Source: Geosiphon pyriformis uo1 (taxonomy: Eukaryota > Fungi > Glomeromycota). Taken from it: DNA of 64,000 nucleotides. Positions 61,950 through 64,000 of this stretch are shown here, one piece after another. The notes beneath the pieces were generated by a model that saw only the letters and a program-made list of their open reading frames with translations, did no database searches and was not told where the DNA came from. The stretch covers positions 248,001-312,000 of the forward strand of contig JAAOMT010000741.1 of NCBI GenBank assembly GCA_016748015.1. Direction: 5' to 3'. The position numbers and the translations under genes are program-made. Positions within the stretch are counted from its first letter, which is position 1, and each line of letters begins with the position of its first letter.

Positions 61950-64000
61950 CTTTTTCTCTTGTTGATCACCTAACTATAATGAAAGCTTTGTATTGCCAAA
62001 GATTTAGCTTTTCACTTTCTTTTTCCTCCTAGTTACCTTTAGTTATTTTTTTTGACATATCTAATTTTGTTGTAATAGAACTAGTAGGCTCTTCTGCTGG
62101 TGGTTTTAATACTGGTTTGACTGGATTGGGATTCCAGTCTGAAACTAAAAAGAAAGCACAAGTTGAAAGTGTCTACACTCATAATTTTTCATACAAAAAA
62201 TCAAAAAAATCTGGTGTTACTGGAGTTGTGGTGGACTCATTAGCTGGATCTCTTCTTGTACATGTTTTACAGACTAACTGTAGTAAATGCAAGGTGTCTT
62301 GAGGTAGTGAGGTTGAAAGTGAAGATGCCAGCATTAGTGAAGTGTTGGATGTTGAGAACATGGACAACATAGTAGCTGAAGAGACTAGTTATATAGATTC
62401 CAACACTTCTGAGACTGATAATATGGTGGACAATACAACTTCTAGGAAAATGCAAACAAAAACCTATGTTTTGGGACTGTTACCAAAAACACCTTCTTTC
62501 AAAAACTTGAGTGATGATAATACTGAGTTGGTGCTTCCTGAGTCTAAATTTGTTGGGTCCAATCAGCTGCTGTCAGCCAAATCATGTGTTCCGGATAGAC
62601 ATAGCTTTGAGCCAGTTAAATCATTTGTTTTAGACATGGAGTTGGCTGCTGTGCCTGGAAAAACTAATGGTGATAAATTAATTTTAATTAAAAAATTTTT
62701 TATAGAATTAATGGTTTTGGGGGGGCGTTAACTCCTTCAAAATTCTTAGGAATTATCAAAGCTTTATTCACTTCTGAGTTTAATATGAATAAGGCAAAGA
62801 AATTGGCAATCTGTGAGAAAATTATTGTTAATAATGATTTAAGAAAGGTAAACAGCTGTTCAGATTGGGAGGTAATCATCAAGAAGATCCCAGTTAATTT
62901 TCCCAAATTGGCTATAGAATCTGTTTTTTCTAAGTTTGGCAAGATTGTATCAATTAAGGTACAGCTGATTGGTTTGTGGCAAAAAGCCTTAGTGAAGTTT
63001 GAGTCATCTGAAATAGCTAATTTGGTCACAGCTAGATGGCCTGTCTTCATGAAAAAGGATTTTGTTCATGTGGTAAAAGCTGTTAATAATAAACAGACAT
63101 GGGTTTCCAGAGATCAACATCAAACTTTGTTGTACACACTTTCTGTTGGCACTACTGCTTATGATTTGTCAAGTTTAGTGGATTCTTATGGTAGGAAAAC
63201 TTGCTTTATTGGTCATAATCCTGGTTCATATGCTCATAATAGATGTGTGGTTGTATGTTTCAATAATGAAGTGTCCAAATTGGCTGTTATTGATTCTGTT
63301 TCAGTTTATAAGGGTGTAAATTTGTGCTGGGTTGGTCTTTCTTTGGCTCATTGCACCAAGTATAAACATTTTGGTCATATTTTTGATGTGTGTTTGGTTG
63401 GTAGGAATTCTGGGGTTCATTGTAAACAGGTAGTATCTTCCCAAGATTAGGTCCATCTGGCTAATATTTATAAGAGAAAGCAAGCTCCAGTTGTCTGTCT
63501 GGTATTTTTTGGTGGAAAAACTTGGGCTCAAATTGCTAGTAGCTTATCTTTTCATGTGGCCTCATCAGTTCCTTCTGGTGCTGGTTCAACTTTAAGTGTG
63601 AAACTTTTGGTGGTGGCTTTCAATTCTCTTGATAATTCTGGTTTGACTGACCACATGGTTTCTTTGGAGTGCTCTATAGAGCTTTTATCAGATCAAGTCT
63701 CTGAGATTTTGAGGAAATTGAGCTTTGTAAAATTAGTGCTGATGTTATCTTCATCTTGTATTCTCTCTCATATTGTTGCTTCTCCCATGGACTTGGCTTT
63801 GAATATAGATATGGCTGTAGATAGCATGGTAGTGCCTTCTCTACCTTCTTCTCCAGCAGTTGGAAACACTACCCCTGAACTGAGTTTGAGCAGCTCAAAG
63901 ATTTTTACCATTAAAGTGGGTGGTTTGGAATCAAAGATGATGGCTCTGGAAGTTTTAGTTGGTTTGGTTTTGACAAGATTAGACTCTTTGTGTTTTGGTT
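61950..64000 (+). mobile_element. 5' part (5' UTR and decayed ORF1) of a LINE of the LINE-A family (LINE-F), runs off the window
   Basis: KKKAQVESVY.., VIIKKIPVNFPKLAIESVFSKFGKIVSIKVQLIGLWQKALV.., closely similar to LINE-A ORF1 but with stops and a frameshift. Confidence 0.92.

Overview
Eukaryotic, intron-rich fungal DNA. The gene and transposon content suggests Glomeromycotina/Mucoromycota, possibly Geosiphon-like, but that is inferred from recall, not from a search. Bases 1-7200 are a gene island: the 5' part of TRS120 (minus, running off the window), SPF30/SMNDC1 (plus), and a CUE-AlkB-GRF dioxygenase (minus, with a GC-AG intron). Bases ~7200-64000 are an uninterrupted retrotransposon block of six RNase H-type L1-like LINE copies or fragments and two copies of an ORF1-only (HAL1-like) element that shares the LINE 3' UTR, mostly separated by near-pure A/T spacers. 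Six LTR insertions are nested inside these elements: two full Ty3/Gypsy elements, three solo LTRs and one three-LTR tandem. All repeats show almost pure C-to-T / G-to-A decay. The most striking pattern is that every LTR insertion has a 4-bp target-site duplication (TSD) inside a LINE or LINE derivative, five of six trace to an ancestral NCGN site, and two unrelated LTR elements hit the same homologous ACGT. Both integrases lack a chromodomain but end in a PxVxI-like motif. Together this suggests a possibly undescribed CpG- or heterochromatin-directed targeting system.
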